In this document: positions 31,639-39,794 of the stretch, in pieces
Layout of the letters: each line of letters opens with the position of its first letter
Position numbering within the stretch: position 1 is the first letter of the stretch
Translations under genes and position numbers: made by a program
Source: Minisyncoccota bacterium
Lineage (GTDB): Bacteria; Patescibacteriota; Minisyncoccia; Phycocordibacterales; UBA9973
Length of the DNA stretch: 43,921 nt
Direction of reading: 5' to 3'
Assembly: GCA_018062065.1 (NCBI GenBank)
Contig: JAGOSX010000003.1
Span: 1-43,921, forward strand
The notes under the pieces: generated by a model
Told to the model about the DNA's origin: nothing
Seen by the model: the letters and a program-made list of their open reading frames with translations, nothing else
Databases searched by the model: none

Positions 31639-33012
31639 ATGGCAAAAAGATTTTTAGAAGATATGATACAAGTTAAAAACGCAAATAAGATAAAAAGAGA
31701 AATTAACAATTCTCCTGATATTAAACCTGCTCCAAGTATCAAAAAAGAAGTTGAAAAAGTTGCAAAGCAAGAACCTCAAGCAAATACCGAAATTAAAACT
31801 GAAATTAAAAAAGCTCCTTATTTAAAGAATACTAAGTCTTATTTTGATAGTGATGGATATCGAGAAGTGATCGATACAAAGCAAAGTTCTAATAGTTATT
31901 TTCTATGGTTTCTTGTTATTTTAGTGGTTATAGTCGCTTTTTTTAATATTTCAGCTCGTTTTAGCAAAGCAAATATAACCATAAATCCTAAAATTGAAAA
32001 ATTCACTTTAGATGAACCTTTAAATGCGAAAAAAGATTTAAGTCAAACTGAAACTGATTTATCTTATCAATTAATTATAGTTGATGGCACTCAAAATAAA
32101 ATCGTTGAAGCTCAAGGTGAAAAAGAAGTTAAAGAAAAGGCTACTGGGATAGTAGTTCTTTATAATGCTTTTGCGACTAGTCCTCAAAAGTTAAATATCG
32201 ATACGAGATTGATTGGTTCTAATAATAAAATATATAAAACAAAAGAAGCAGTTACGATCCCAGCTATGGTAGGAAATAATTTTGGTTCAATTAAAGTTGA
32301 AATCTATGCAGAAAAAGAAGGGGAAGAATACAATAGTGAACCGTTAGATTTTCAAATACTTGGTTTTAAGGGAACTTCTAAATTCGATAAAATCTATGCT
32401 CGTTCCGAAGGTTTGATTACTGGAGGATTTTTAGGGAATAAAAAGATAGTTAGTGAAGAGGCTTTTAACAAATCCAAAGAAGAATTAGAAAATGCTTTAG
32501 AGCTTCGACTTTTAGAAAAAGCTTTAGATCAAATTCCTAATGATTATATTTTATTCCGCGATGCTACTTTCTATAAAATAGAATCCAATATAACTAATAA
32601 TAGTTCTAGTGCTAACGAAGCTGAAATTTCTGCTACTGGGACTTTGTATGGCTTTATTTTTAATAAAAAGAATTTGGAAAATTATATTTTAGAAAATAAA
32701 TTTGGAGAGAAAAAAGATAATTATTACGTATCTAATCTAAAAGATTTAGCTTTTGAAATTCGAGATGAAAATATTGAAGCTGAAAAGGTAAGTGAAATTG
32801 ATTTTAGCTTAAAAGGTGAAATTAACACTCCTCATAAAGTAAATGAGAATTCTGTAAAGCAAGCTCTCTTAGGTAAATCTAAAAAAGAATTTACAAATAT
32901 TTTATCTACTTTTGAAAGTGTAAATGAAGCAAATTTATCTATCAAACCAATTTGGCAAAGTAAAATTCCAAAAGAAACTAAAAAAATTAACCTAAAAGTT
33001 AATTATCCGTAA
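31639..33012 (+). CDS. Bitopic membrane protein with a large beta-rich extracytoplasmic domain, unknown function
   Basis: 457 aa. A basic cytoplasmic N-terminus and one TM helix (YFLWFLVILVVIVAFF), then NITINPKIEKFTLDE...EKATGIVVLYNAF...QKLNIDTRLIGSNNKIYKTKEAVTIPA...GSIKVEIYAEKEGEEYN. The start lies 2 nt after the FtsA/PilM-like stop. Confidence 0.55.
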   Translation: MAKRFLEDMIQVKNANKIKREINNSPDIKPAPSIKKEVEKVAKQEPQANTEIKTEIKKAPYLKNTKSYFDSDGYREVIDTKQSSNSYFLWFLVILVVIVAFFNISARFSKANITINPKIEKFTLDEPLNAKKDLSQTETDLSYQLIIVDGTQNKIVEAQGEKEVKEKATGIVVLYNAFATSPQKLNIDTRLIGSNNKIYKTKEAVTIPAMVGNNFGSIKVEIYAEKEGEEYNSEPLDFQILGFKGTSKFDKIYARSEGLITGGFLGNKKIVSEEAFNKSKEELENALELRLLEKALDQIPNDYILFRDATFYKIESNITNNSSSANEAEISATGTLYGFIFNKKNLENYILENKFGEKKDNYYVSNLKDLAFEIRDENIEAEKVSEIDFSLKGEINTPHKVNENSVKQALLGKSKKEFTNILSTFESVNEANLSIKPIWQSKIPKETKKINLKVNYP

Positions 33013-33029
33013 TTTTCCACTTATAATAT

Positions 33030-33058
33030 TTGACCAAATTAAATTAATTTGGTATGAT
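33030..33058 (+). promoter_or_regulatory. Sigma-70 promoter (TTGACC-17 nt-TGgTATGAT) for the infA-rpmJ-rpsM... cluster
   Basis: TTGACC at 33030-33035, TG at 33050-33051 and TATGAT at 33053-33058. It lies 12 nt before ATG 33071. Confidence 0.65.
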
Positions 33059-33070
33059 TGAGTAGTTACA

Positions 33071-33292
33071 ATGATTGATTCAAAAAACGACAAAGCTTTA
33101 ACTAAAAAGGGACTAGTAATAGAGGCCTTACCTCAGACTTTATTTCGAATAGAGTTCGAAGAAGGCGAAGTAATACTTGCTTACCTTGGTGGTAAAATGA
33201 GATTAAATCGAATTAAAGTTTTAGTCGGAGATCAAGTAGAAGTTTTGCTCGATCCATACGGTGGAAAGGGGAGAATTATTAAAAGGTTGTAA
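33071..33292 (+). CDS. infA: Translation initiation factor IF-1
   Basis: 73 aa. GLVIEALPQTLFRIEFEEGEVILAYLGGKMRLNRIKVLVGDQVEVLLDPY matches the IF-1 S1-like fold signature. Confidence 0.95.
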   Translation: MIDSKNDKALTKKGLVIEALPQTLFRIEFEEGEVILAYLGGKMRLNRIKVLVGDQVEVLLDPYGGKGRIIKRL

Positions 33293-33353
33293 TTTTTTTT
33301 GAAATAGTGTATTATATGTTTTATAAGTTTTAAATAGTTTAAAAGTATTTAAA

Positions 33354-33385
33354 AATAAGGATATTTCCTTATTTGTTTTGTTTTG
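33354..33385 (+). terminator. Weak AT-rich hairpin plus T-tracts between infA and rpmJ (possible attenuator)
   Basis: aataagga (33354-33361) pairs with tccttatt (33366-33373) around the loop tatt. The sequence tgttttgttttg follows. The stem has only two G-C pairs. Confidence 0.35.
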
Positions 33386-33404
33386 TTAATAAGATTAATA
33401 ATTT

Positions 33405-33515
33405 ATGAAAATTAGAGCATCAATTAAAAAGATTTGTGATAAATGTAAAATGGTAAAGCGCAAAAGACATTTGCACGTTATTTGCTCTAACCCAAAGCAT
33501 AAGCAAAAGCAATAA
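33405..33515 (+). CDS. rpmJ: 50S ribosomal protein L36
   Basis: Too short for the ORF track. Hand translation gives [36 protein letters not shown], which carries the C-x2-C...C...H zinc motif. It occupies the canonical slot between infA and rpsM. Confidence 0.93.
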   Translation: MKIRASIKKICDKCKMVKRKRHLHVICSNPKHKQKQ

Positions 33516-33521
33516 AAATAT

Positions 33522-33902
33522 ATGAGAATTTTAGGAATTACAGTACCAAATGAAAAGAGACTTGAAATAGGATTAACTTGCCTTTACGGTATAGGTATTT
33601 CAAGAGCACGCAAAATACTTGATCAAGTAGGAATTGATCATGGCAAAAAAGCGAAAGACTTAACAGCAGATGAAGAAAATAAAATCCGTACAATAGTAGA
33701 AGGTATTACTATCGAAGGTAACTTGAAAAGAGAAATTTCTGCAAACATCAAAAGACTTAAAGATATCAAAACTCACCGCGGAGTTCGTCACATGAAAAGA
33801 CTACCAGTTCGTGGACAAAGAACAAAGACAAATTCTAGAACTGTAAGAGGCAACGTTAGAAATACTATGGCTTCAGGTAGAAGAAAAGAAAGTAAGACTT
33901 AA
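33522..33902 (+). CDS. rpsM: 30S ribosomal protein S13
   Basis: MRILGITVPNEKRLEIGLTCLYGIGISRARKIL...IKTHRGVRH..LPVRGQRTKTN. Confidence 0.95.
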   Translation: MRILGITVPNEKRLEIGLTCLYGIGISRARKILDQVGIDHGKKAKDLTADEENKIRTIVEGITIEGNLKREISANIKRLKDIKTHRGVRHMKRLPVRGQRTKTNSRTVRGNVRNTMASGRRKESKT

Positions 33903-33937
33903 TTTATAAAAGAAAGTTAAAAGTTATAAAAATTATC

Positions 33938-34375
33938 ATGGCAAAAACAAAAGTTACAAAAGAAGAAGAAAACAAAGAAGTAGAAGTTAAAGAAACTACA
34001 ACTTCTAATATAAAAGCACCAAAGAAGAAAATCACTTCTGGTATTTTAAGTGTTGAAGCAACTTTTAATAATACAAAGGTTGTTTTTGCAGATAAGAATG
34101 GAAATACACTTTTCTGGTCTTCAGCAGGATCTTTAGGTTTTAAGGGTGCTAAAAAGGGTACTCCTTTTGCTGCAGGTAAAGTAGGAGAAGTTTTAGGAGA
34201 AAAAGCAGCTGCTTTAGGAGTTAAAGACGCTGATGTTGTAATCAAGGGAGTAGGTTCCGGTCGCGAACCAGCAGTTAGATCTTTTATGGCTTTTGGTATC
34301 GAAATCAATTCAGTAAAAGATATGACCCCTGTTCCGCACAATGGTCCAAAACCAAAGAAACCAAGAAGAGTTTAA
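33938..34375 (+). CDS. rpsK: 30S ribosomal protein S11 (with a Lys/Glu-rich N-terminal extension)
   Basis: GILSVEATFNNTKVVFADKNGNTLFWSSAGSLGFKGAKKGTPFAA...VVIKGVGSGRE.A.R......I.SVKDMTPVPHNG. Confidence 0.95.
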   Translation: MAKTKVTKEEENKEVEVKETTTSNIKAPKKKITSGILSVEATFNNTKVVFADKNGNTLFWSSAGSLGFKGAKKGTPFAAGKVGEVLGEKAAALGVKDADVVIKGVGSGREPAVRSFMAFGIEINSVKDMTPVPHNGPKPKKPRRV

Positions 34376-34402
34376 TATTAAGAAAAGTTTAATTTATAAA
34401 AT

Positions 34403-34987
34403 ATGTTAACAAAACCAAAATTTAAAATTTGTAAAAGATTAGGAGCAGGAGTATATGACAAATGTCAAACTCCAAAGTTTTCTCCTAGCGCTCCTCGCCG
34501 TGGTAAAGCTTTGTCTGAATACGGAACTCAACTTATTGAAAAGCAAAAAATTCGTTTTTCATACGGTATAACTGAAAAGCAACTTTCTAATTATGTTAAA
34601 AAAGCTTCTCTAGTGAAAGGTGCTGGTACAGCTCAAAAATTCTATGAAGAGTTAGAATCTCGTCTTGATAATATCGTTTATCGTTTCGGTTTAGCTCCTT
34701 CTCGCCGTCAAGCTCGTCAAATGGTATCACACGGTCACTTTACAGTAGCAGGTCACAAAGTTACAGTTCCTTCTTACCAAATCAAAACTGGTGAAGTTAT
34801 CTCTGTTCGTGAAGGTTCAAAAGGTTCAAAATTATTTGCTGATTTAGAAGTAAGACTGAAAGATTATACTGCTCCAAAATGGCTTTCTTTTGATATTAAT
34901 AAAATGGAGGGTAAAGTTTTAGCAAAGCCACAAAACACAGAAGTTTTCTTTGATTTAAACGCAGTACTTGAATTCTATAGTCGTTAA
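34403..34987 (+). CDS. rpsD: 30S ribosomal protein S4
   Basis: YGTQLIEKQKIRFSYGITEKQ, RLDNIVYRFGLAPSRRQARQMVSHGHFTVAGHKVTVPSYQIK (S4 domain). Confidence 0.95.
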   Translation: MLTKPKFKICKRLGAGVYDKCQTPKFSPSAPRRGKALSEYGTQLIEKQKIRFSYGITEKQLSNYVKKASLVKGAGTAQKFYEELESRLDNIVYRFGLAPSRRQARQMVSHGHFTVAGHKVTVPSYQIKTGEVISVREGSKGSKLFADLEVRLKDYTAPKWLSFDINKMEGKVLAKPQNTEVFFDLNAVLEFYSR

Positions 34988-35029
34988 TTTTTTTAAAAAA
35001 TTTATTATTAACTTTTAATTTTATAAAAT

Positions 35030-36019
35030 ATGCCTGAATATAAAATATTAATGCCTTCAAAACCAAAAGCTGTTTTAGAAGAAGGGAATAAAGGAGTTTT
35101 TGAGATAGATGGTTTATATCCTGGTTACGGACACACTCTAGGAAATTCATTAAGAAGAATTATTCTTTCTTCTTTGCCTGGAGCGAGTGTTGTTTCTATT
35201 AAGATCGATGGCGTAAGTCACGAGTTCCAAACAATGGATGGACTTAAAGAAGATGTGATCGTTCTTATTTTGAATCTTAAAAAGATTCGTTTTAAGATGT
35301 TAACTGATGAACCTCAAATGGTAAATATTTCAGTTAAAGGTCCAAAAGAAGTAACTGCAAACGATATTAAAACTTCTGGTCAAGTTGAAGTATTAAATCC
35401 TGATTTATATATTGCTACAGTAACAGGTAAAATTTCTTTAGATATAGAACTTCGTATCGAAAAAGGTTTAGGTTTTATTCCAAAAGAAATGATTCAAAAA
35501 GAAAAAGTTGAGATTGGAACTATTGCAGTAGATGCAATTTTCACTCCTATTCGTAGAGTTGCTTATGAAGTTGAAAATATGCGTGTTGGTGATAAAACTA
35601 ACCACAACAGACTTCGTATGACTATCGAAACAGACGGTACAGTATCTCCTCGCGAAGCTCTTTCAGAATCAATTAAAATCATGATAATGCAACTTAAAGC
35701 AATCGTAGATTTTAAAGATGAAGAAGTAGAAGAAATAAAAACTTCAAAGAAAGAAGAAAAAGTAAATAGTGAAGAAATAGAAGAAGACGATAAAGATGAA
35801 AAAGGAGACGACTTTACTGACGTTTTAAAAACTAGAATTGACGGACTTGATCTTTCTACTCGTACTCTTAATGCATTAACTGGAGCAAACATCAGAACCC
35901 TAGGAGGTCTTGCTCGCAAGAAGAGAGAAGATTTATTAGAAGTAGAAGGTATTGGCGAAAAAGGTATTACTGAAATCAAGAAAGTTTTAACTAAATTCGG
36001 ACTTACACTAAAAGAGTAA
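35030..36019 (+). CDS. rpoA: DNA-directed RNA polymerase subunit alpha
   Basis: GYGHTLGNSLRRILLSS-type motif (GYGHTLGNSLRRIILSSLPGA) in the N-terminal domain. An acidic linker leads to the C-terminal domain LDLSTRTLNALTGANIRTLGGL. Confidence 0.95.
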   Translation: MPEYKILMPSKPKAVLEEGNKGVFEIDGLYPGYGHTLGNSLRRIILSSLPGASVVSIKIDGVSHEFQTMDGLKEDVIVLILNLKKIRFKMLTDEPQMVNISVKGPKEVTANDIKTSGQVEVLNPDLYIATVTGKISLDIELRIEKGLGFIPKEMIQKEKVEIGTIAVDAIFTPIRRVAYEVENMRVGDKTNHNRLRMTIETDGTVSPREALSESIKIMIMQLKAIVDFKDEEVEEIKTSKKEEKVNSEEIEEDDKDEKGDDFTDVLKTRIDGLDLSTRTLNALTGANIRTLGGLARKKREDLLEVEGIGEKGITEIKKVLTKFGLTLKE

Positions 36020-36040
36020 TTAGTAGATTAAATTAATAAT

Positions 36041-36394
36041 ATGAGACACCATAACAACAAAAGAAAATTTGGAAGAAAGAAGAACGGTAGAAATGCTCTT
36101 ATGCATTCACTCGCTTTAAACTTGATCGTAAAAGGTAAAATCAAAACTACTTTGATCAAGGCTCGTGAACTACGTCCTTTCATAGAAAAATTAGTCACAC
36201 ATGCCAAGACTGATACTCTTTCAAAGCGCCGAACAGTTATGGCTAAGATTGCAAACCGTAAGGCTGAGACTAAGAAATTATTCGAAAAGATCGCTCCTAA
36301 CTACGCTGACCGCAAAGGAGGATACACTAGAATACTTAAACTAGGTCAAAGAAAATCAGACGGTGCAGAAATGGCATATATCGAATTTGTATAA
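36041..36394 (+). CDS. rplQ: 50S ribosomal protein L17
   Basis: MRHHNNKRKFGRKKNGRNALMHSLALNLIVKGKIKTTLIKAREL...GGYTRILKLGQRKSDGAEMAYIEF. Confidence 0.95.
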   Translation: MRHHNNKRKFGRKKNGRNALMHSLALNLIVKGKIKTTLIKARELRPFIEKLVTHAKTDTLSKRRTVMAKIANRKAETKKLFEKIAPNYADRKGGYTRILKLGQRKSDGAEMAYIEFV

Positions 36395-36415
36395 TTAATA
36401 TTAATTTTTATTAAA

Positions 36416-36784
36416 ATGAAAACAGAAGCAACAAAAAAAGAAATAAAAAACATAGATGCTAGCGGTAAGACTCTAGGTAGACTTGCTAGTGAAGTAGCAC
36501 AAATCCTTTTAGGTAAAGATAAAGCAAGTTTTAAGAAAAATGCATATTCAGGTTCACCTGTGTCTGTTTCTAATGCTTCAAAAATAAAAATCACTAATAA
36601 AAAATTAGAAGAATTATTCCATACTCGTTACTCAGGATATCCAGGAGGACTTAAAGTTATGACTGGAGCTTATACTAAAGCTAAAAAAGGAATGAAAGAA
36701 TTAGTAAAATTAGCAGTATTTCAAATGCTTCCAGACAACAAACTTCGTCGTGAGATGATGAAAAATTTAGTAATAGAAGATTAA
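36416..36784 (+). CDS. rplM: 50S ribosomal protein L13 (short, 122 aa)
   Basis: IDASGKTLGRLASEVAQILLGKDK......SGYPGGLK.....AVFQMLPDNKLRREMMKNL. Confidence 0.9.
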   Translation: MKTEATKKEIKNIDASGKTLGRLASEVAQILLGKDKASFKKNAYSGSPVSVSNASKIKITNKKLEELFHTRYSGYPGGLKVMTGAYTKAKKGMKELVKLAVFQMLPDNKLRREMMKNLVIED

Positions 36785-36794
36785 TTATAAATAT

Positions 36795-37205
36795 ATGGAT
36801 AAAAAAGAACAATATTTTGAAAGTACAGGTAGAAGAAAAACATCAACTGCAAGAGTTAGAGTTTTTGCTTCTTCTAAATCTAGTTTTTTGGTAAATGAAA
36901 CTCCTGCAAACGAATACTTTAAAACTGACGAAGAAAGAAGAATCGTATCATTACCTTTGACTGTAGTGAATGATTTAGATAAAGGAGCAAAGTTTGCTAT
37001 TACTGTAAAGGTTACTGGCGGAGGAACTCATTCTCAAGCAGAAGCAGTTCGTCATGGACTTTCAAGAGCATTACTTTTAGTTAATGGAGAATTAAGAGAA
37101 GGACTAAAGAAAGAAGGGTACCTAAAGCGTGATCCTCGTGCAAAAGAAAGAAGAAAATTCGGATTGAAGAAAGCTCGTAAAGCTCCACAATGGTCAAAAC
37201 GTTAA
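36795..37205 (+). CDS. rpsI: 30S ribosomal protein S9
   Basis: TGRRKTSTARVRVF...VKVTGGGTHSQAEAVRHGLSRAL...LKRDPRAKERRKFGLKKARKAPQWSKR. Confidence 0.95.
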   Translation: MDKKEQYFESTGRRKTSTARVRVFASSKSSFLVNETPANEYFKTDEERRIVSLPLTVVNDLDKGAKFAITVKVTGGGTHSQAEAVRHGLSRALLLVNGELREGLKKEGYLKRDPRAKERRKFGLKKARKAPQWSKR

Positions 37206-37210
37206 TTCTA

Positions 37211-37241
37211 AAAACCTCCCTGTTGGGAGGTTTTGTATTTT
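37211..37241 (+). terminator. Intrinsic terminator after rpsI
   Basis: aacctccc (37213-37220) pairs with gggaggtt (37225-37232) around the loop tgtt. A T-rich tail follows. Confidence 0.8.
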
Positions 37242-37301
37242 AACCCCAAACCCCTTATCAGGGGCTTCCTCCCTTGATAAGGGGAGGATTGAGGAGGGGT
37301 T
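37242..37301. repeat. GC-rich nested palindromic repeat, copy 2 (REP/MITE-like)
   Basis: AACCCCAAACCCCTTATCAGGGGCTTCCTCCCTTGATAAGGGGAGGATTGAGGAGGGGTT. The 18-mer at 37269-37286 is identical to 11652-11669. CCCCTTATCAGGGG can pair with CCCTTGATAAGGGG over 14 bp with one G-U. Confidence 0.8.
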
Positions 37302-37308
37302 TAATTTA

Positions 37309-37317
37309 TGCTAAAAT
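37309..37317 (+). promoter_or_regulatory. Extended -10 promoter (TGCTAAAAT) 6 nt upstream of the grpE ATG 37324
   Basis: TGn plus TAAAAT at 37309-37317, immediately after the palindromic repeat. Confidence 0.5.
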
Positions 37318-37323
37318 AAGGTT

Positions 37324-37932
37324 ATGAGTGAAGAAAACAATAAAAATAATTTGGAAATAGACGAATCCCTCGAGAGTACTCGGGACGAATCTGATGATTC
37401 GGATGTAGTCGAATTTGAATATAACGAAGACGGGGAAGAAGACCTCAAAAAAACCCTTAAAAAGCTCCGTAATGACTTAAAACAAGCTCGTAAAGAGAAA
37501 GAAGAGTATTTGACTGGATGGCAAAAAGAGCGAGCGGATTTCGCAAATTATAAGAAACAAGAAGAAGACCGTAAGGCTATGTTTTCCGAATCTATGCGTG
37601 AGCGTATACTTTCACGGTTTTTGAGCGTTATGGATAGCTTCAATATGGCTTTTGCTAATCGCGAAGCTTGGGAGAAAGTAGATGCAAATTGGCGCAAAGG
37701 AGTAGAGTATATTCATTCTCAAATGAATACAGTTTTTGAAGAATATGGAGTTTTTGAAATAGGGAAAGTTGGTGAAGTTTTCGATCCTAATATTCACGAA
37801 TCTTTAGAGATGGTAGATACTAATGAAAAAGATAAAAATCATACTATAGCAAACGTAATTCAAAAAGGTTACAAGATAGGTGGCCGCGTCCTACGCCCTG
37901 CGAGAGTGAATGTTTTTGAATTTAAGGAATAA
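37324..37932 (+). CDS. grpE: Nucleotide exchange factor GrpE
   Basis: Acidic N-terminus and a long helix (YLTGWQKERADFANYKKQ), then FLSVMDSFNMA...GVFEIGKVGEVFDPNIHESL......VIQKGYKIGGRVLRPARV. Confidence 0.92.
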   Translation: MSEENNKNNLEIDESLESTRDESDDSDVVEFEYNEDGEEDLKKTLKKLRNDLKQARKEKEEYLTGWQKERADFANYKKQEEDRKAMFSESMRERILSRFLSVMDSFNMAFANREAWEKVDANWRKGVEYIHSQMNTVFEEYGVFEIGKVGEVFDPNIHESLEMVDTNEKDKNHTIANVIQKGYKIGGRVLRPARVNVFEFKE

Positions 37933-38033
37933 TATCTCATCAATCACAAAAAGTAAATCTTGCCCCGCACTAATTTATTGATTACTTGTAATAATCTTTA
38001 AAGAAGATATAGTAAATATATAACAAAATAAAT

Positions 38034-39746
38034 ATGTCAGGAAAATATCAAAATTTAGTGCTGGGGTGTCAAAACTGTAAAAATGACTTTATTATTGAGC
38101 CTGAAGATTTTTCTTTTTATGAAAAGATAAAAGTTCCACCACCGACTTTTTGCCCGGAATGTAGAATGGTGCGACGCCTTATCTTTAGAAATGAAAGGAA
38201 TTTATTTCGTAGAAAAGATTATCTAACGGGCAAAGATTCTTTTTCAGGTTTTCCTCCTGAAGCAAATGTAAAAACTTATGAAAATGATTATTGGCATGGA
38301 GATGATTGGGATCCTATGAGTTATGCTTTAGATTATGATTTTACAAAATCATTTTTTGAACAATTTTATGATTTATTATCAAAAGTACCATTACCTGCAA
38401 AATCATCTGCTGGTTTTATGATTAACTCAGATTATTGTAATGAGGCTGGAAGATTAAAAAATGCATACTTATGTTTTGATTCAGATTTCGTAGAAGATTC
38501 TGCTTATTTGGTAAAAGCTACAAATATTAAAAACTCTTTTGATTCCCATGAAATTATGGAAGATGAGCTTTGTTATGAAGACGTTATGGTTTACAAATCT
38601 TATAAAACTTTTTATTCAGTTGATTGTGAAAGTTGTGTAGAAGTTTGGTTTAGTAAAGGATTAAGAGGTTGCACTAATTGTTTCGGTTCTGTAAATTTAA
38701 GAAATAAATCTTATTATTTTTTTAATGAACCTTTATCAAGAGAAGAATATGAAAAGAAAATTTCTGAATTAAATTTGCATTCTTATCAAGGAATATCTGA
38801 GTTATTGCCTTACGTATTAGAATTTTGGCAAAAATTTCCAGTTAAATATTACCACGGTTCTCGCAATTTAAACTGTACCGGAGAGAGAATTAGTAATTCA
38901 AAGAATGTTAAAGATTCTGTTTCTATCGAAGATGCGGAAAATATAAAATATTGTCAAATCAGTGTTTTAAAAGCAGCTAATTCTTATGATTGCGTACAGC
39001 TTTTTATGGGAGTAGAAAATGCTTACGAATGTGTTACTTGTGGAGAGAATTCTTATAATTTAAAATATTGTTTTAATTGTTGGGGTGGTTCTAAAGATTT
39101 AGAATATTCAGCATATTGTATTAATTCTTCAGACTGTTTTGGTTGTGTAGGTTTAAAAAATGCTAAATATTGTATTTTAAATAAACAATATTCAAAAGAA
39201 GAATATTTTGAAATGATAGAAAAAATTAAACATCACATGAATGAAATGCCGTATGTAGATGAAAAGGGTAATATATATAAATACGGAGAATTTTTTCCAA
39301 GTTCTTTTTCTCCGCTTGCCTATAATGAAAGTTTAGCTCAAGATTATGCACCTATAGATAAATTAAAAGCTGAAAAAGAAAATTTGTTATGGAGAGATGC
39401 AAATCCAAAAGAATTTCAAGTTACGATTAAAAGTATTGATTTACCTGATTCTATAAATGATATAAATGAAACAATAACTAAAGAAATTATTTCTTGCTTT
39501 GATTGTAATAAAGCTTATAGAATTATCAATAATGAATTACAATTCTATAAAAGAATAAGATTACCATTACCTAGAAAATGTCACAATTGTAGATTTTTAG
39601 ACCGTTTTAAATTTATTAATTTACCAAAATTTTATCATCGTAAGTGCATGAAAGAAGGATGTACTAATGAATTTGAAACTAGTTACGCCCCAGATAGACC
39701 TGAAATAGTATATTGTACAAAATGCTATCAACAAGAAGTTTATTAA
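38034..39746 (+). CDS. Cys-rich protein: terminal zinc-ribbon modules flanking two internally duplicated repeat blocks, unknown function
   Basis: 570 aa with 30 Cys by my count. The N-terminus reads CQNCKNDFIIEPEDFSFYEKIKVPPPTFCPECRMVRR. The C-terminus reads CFDCNKAYRIINNELQFYKRIRLPLPRKCHNCRFLDR, followed by CMKEGC...YCTKC. Two central blocks each end in C..CFG(S/C)V.L.N..Y...N...S.EEY. Confidence 0.6.
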   Translation: MSGKYQNLVLGCQNCKNDFIIEPEDFSFYEKIKVPPPTFCPECRMVRRLIFRNERNLFRRKDYLTGKDSFSGFPPEANVKTYENDYWHGDDWDPMSYALDYDFTKSFFEQFYDLLSKVPLPAKSSAGFMINSDYCNEAGRLKNAYLCFDSDFVEDSAYLVKATNIKNSFDSHEIMEDELCYEDVMVYKSYKTFYSVDCESCVEVWFSKGLRGCTNCFGSVNLRNKSYYFFNEPLSREEYEKKISELNLHSYQGISELLPYVLEFWQKFPVKYYHGSRNLNCTGERISNSKNVKDSVSIEDAENIKYCQISVLKAANSYDCVQLFMGVENAYECVTCGENSYNLKYCFNCWGGSKDLEYSAYCINSSDCFGCVGLKNAKYCILNKQYSKEEYFEMIEKIKHHMNEMPYVDEKGNIYKYGEFFPSSFSPLAYNESLAQDYAPIDKLKAEKENLLWRDANPKEFQVTIKSIDLPDSINDINETITKEIISCFDCNKAYRIINNELQFYKRIRLPLPRKCHNCRFLDRFKFINLPKFYHRKCMKEGCTNEFETSYAPDRPEIVYCTKCYQQEVY

Positions 39747-39775
39747 CCCCGTCGCTCGAGAGCGACTAGGGTTAA
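39744..39775. terminator. Bidirectional terminator-like hairpin between convergent genes
   Basis: ttaacccc-gtcgc-tcgaga-gcgac-ta-gggttaa. It sits between stop 39746 (+) and stop 39795 (-), and T-runs follow at 39790-39796. Confidence 0.55.
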
Positions 39776-39794
39776 TTCTTAAAATTATTTTTTT

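Noticed and set aside
33904-34341. A 145-aa ORF antisense to rpsK. Other antisense or shadow ORFs occur at 1246-1443, 4099-4446, 4987-5181, 5609-5905, 8043-8324, 9313-9495, 10093-10347, 10808-11053, 13382-13591, 22828-23013, 23271-23483, 24084-24293, 24422-24604, 25245-25451, 29046-29318, 34896-35150, 35563-35979, 36346-36594, 37612-37797, 43166-43348 and 43218-43409.
   Set aside because: Each overlaps a better-supported gene on the opposite strand. Those genes show conserved motifs or operon packing, and the shadow ORFs show no recognisable motif. They are treated as shadow ORFs.
35708-35825. An acidic low-complexity linker in RpoA (DEEVEEIKTSKKEEKVNSEEIEEDDKDEKGDD), together with the Lys/Glu-rich N-terminal extension of S11 (33938-34030).
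   Set aside because: These are lineage-specific low-complexity insertions in otherwise canonical proteins. Nothing in the sequence suggests a separate feature or a frameshift.
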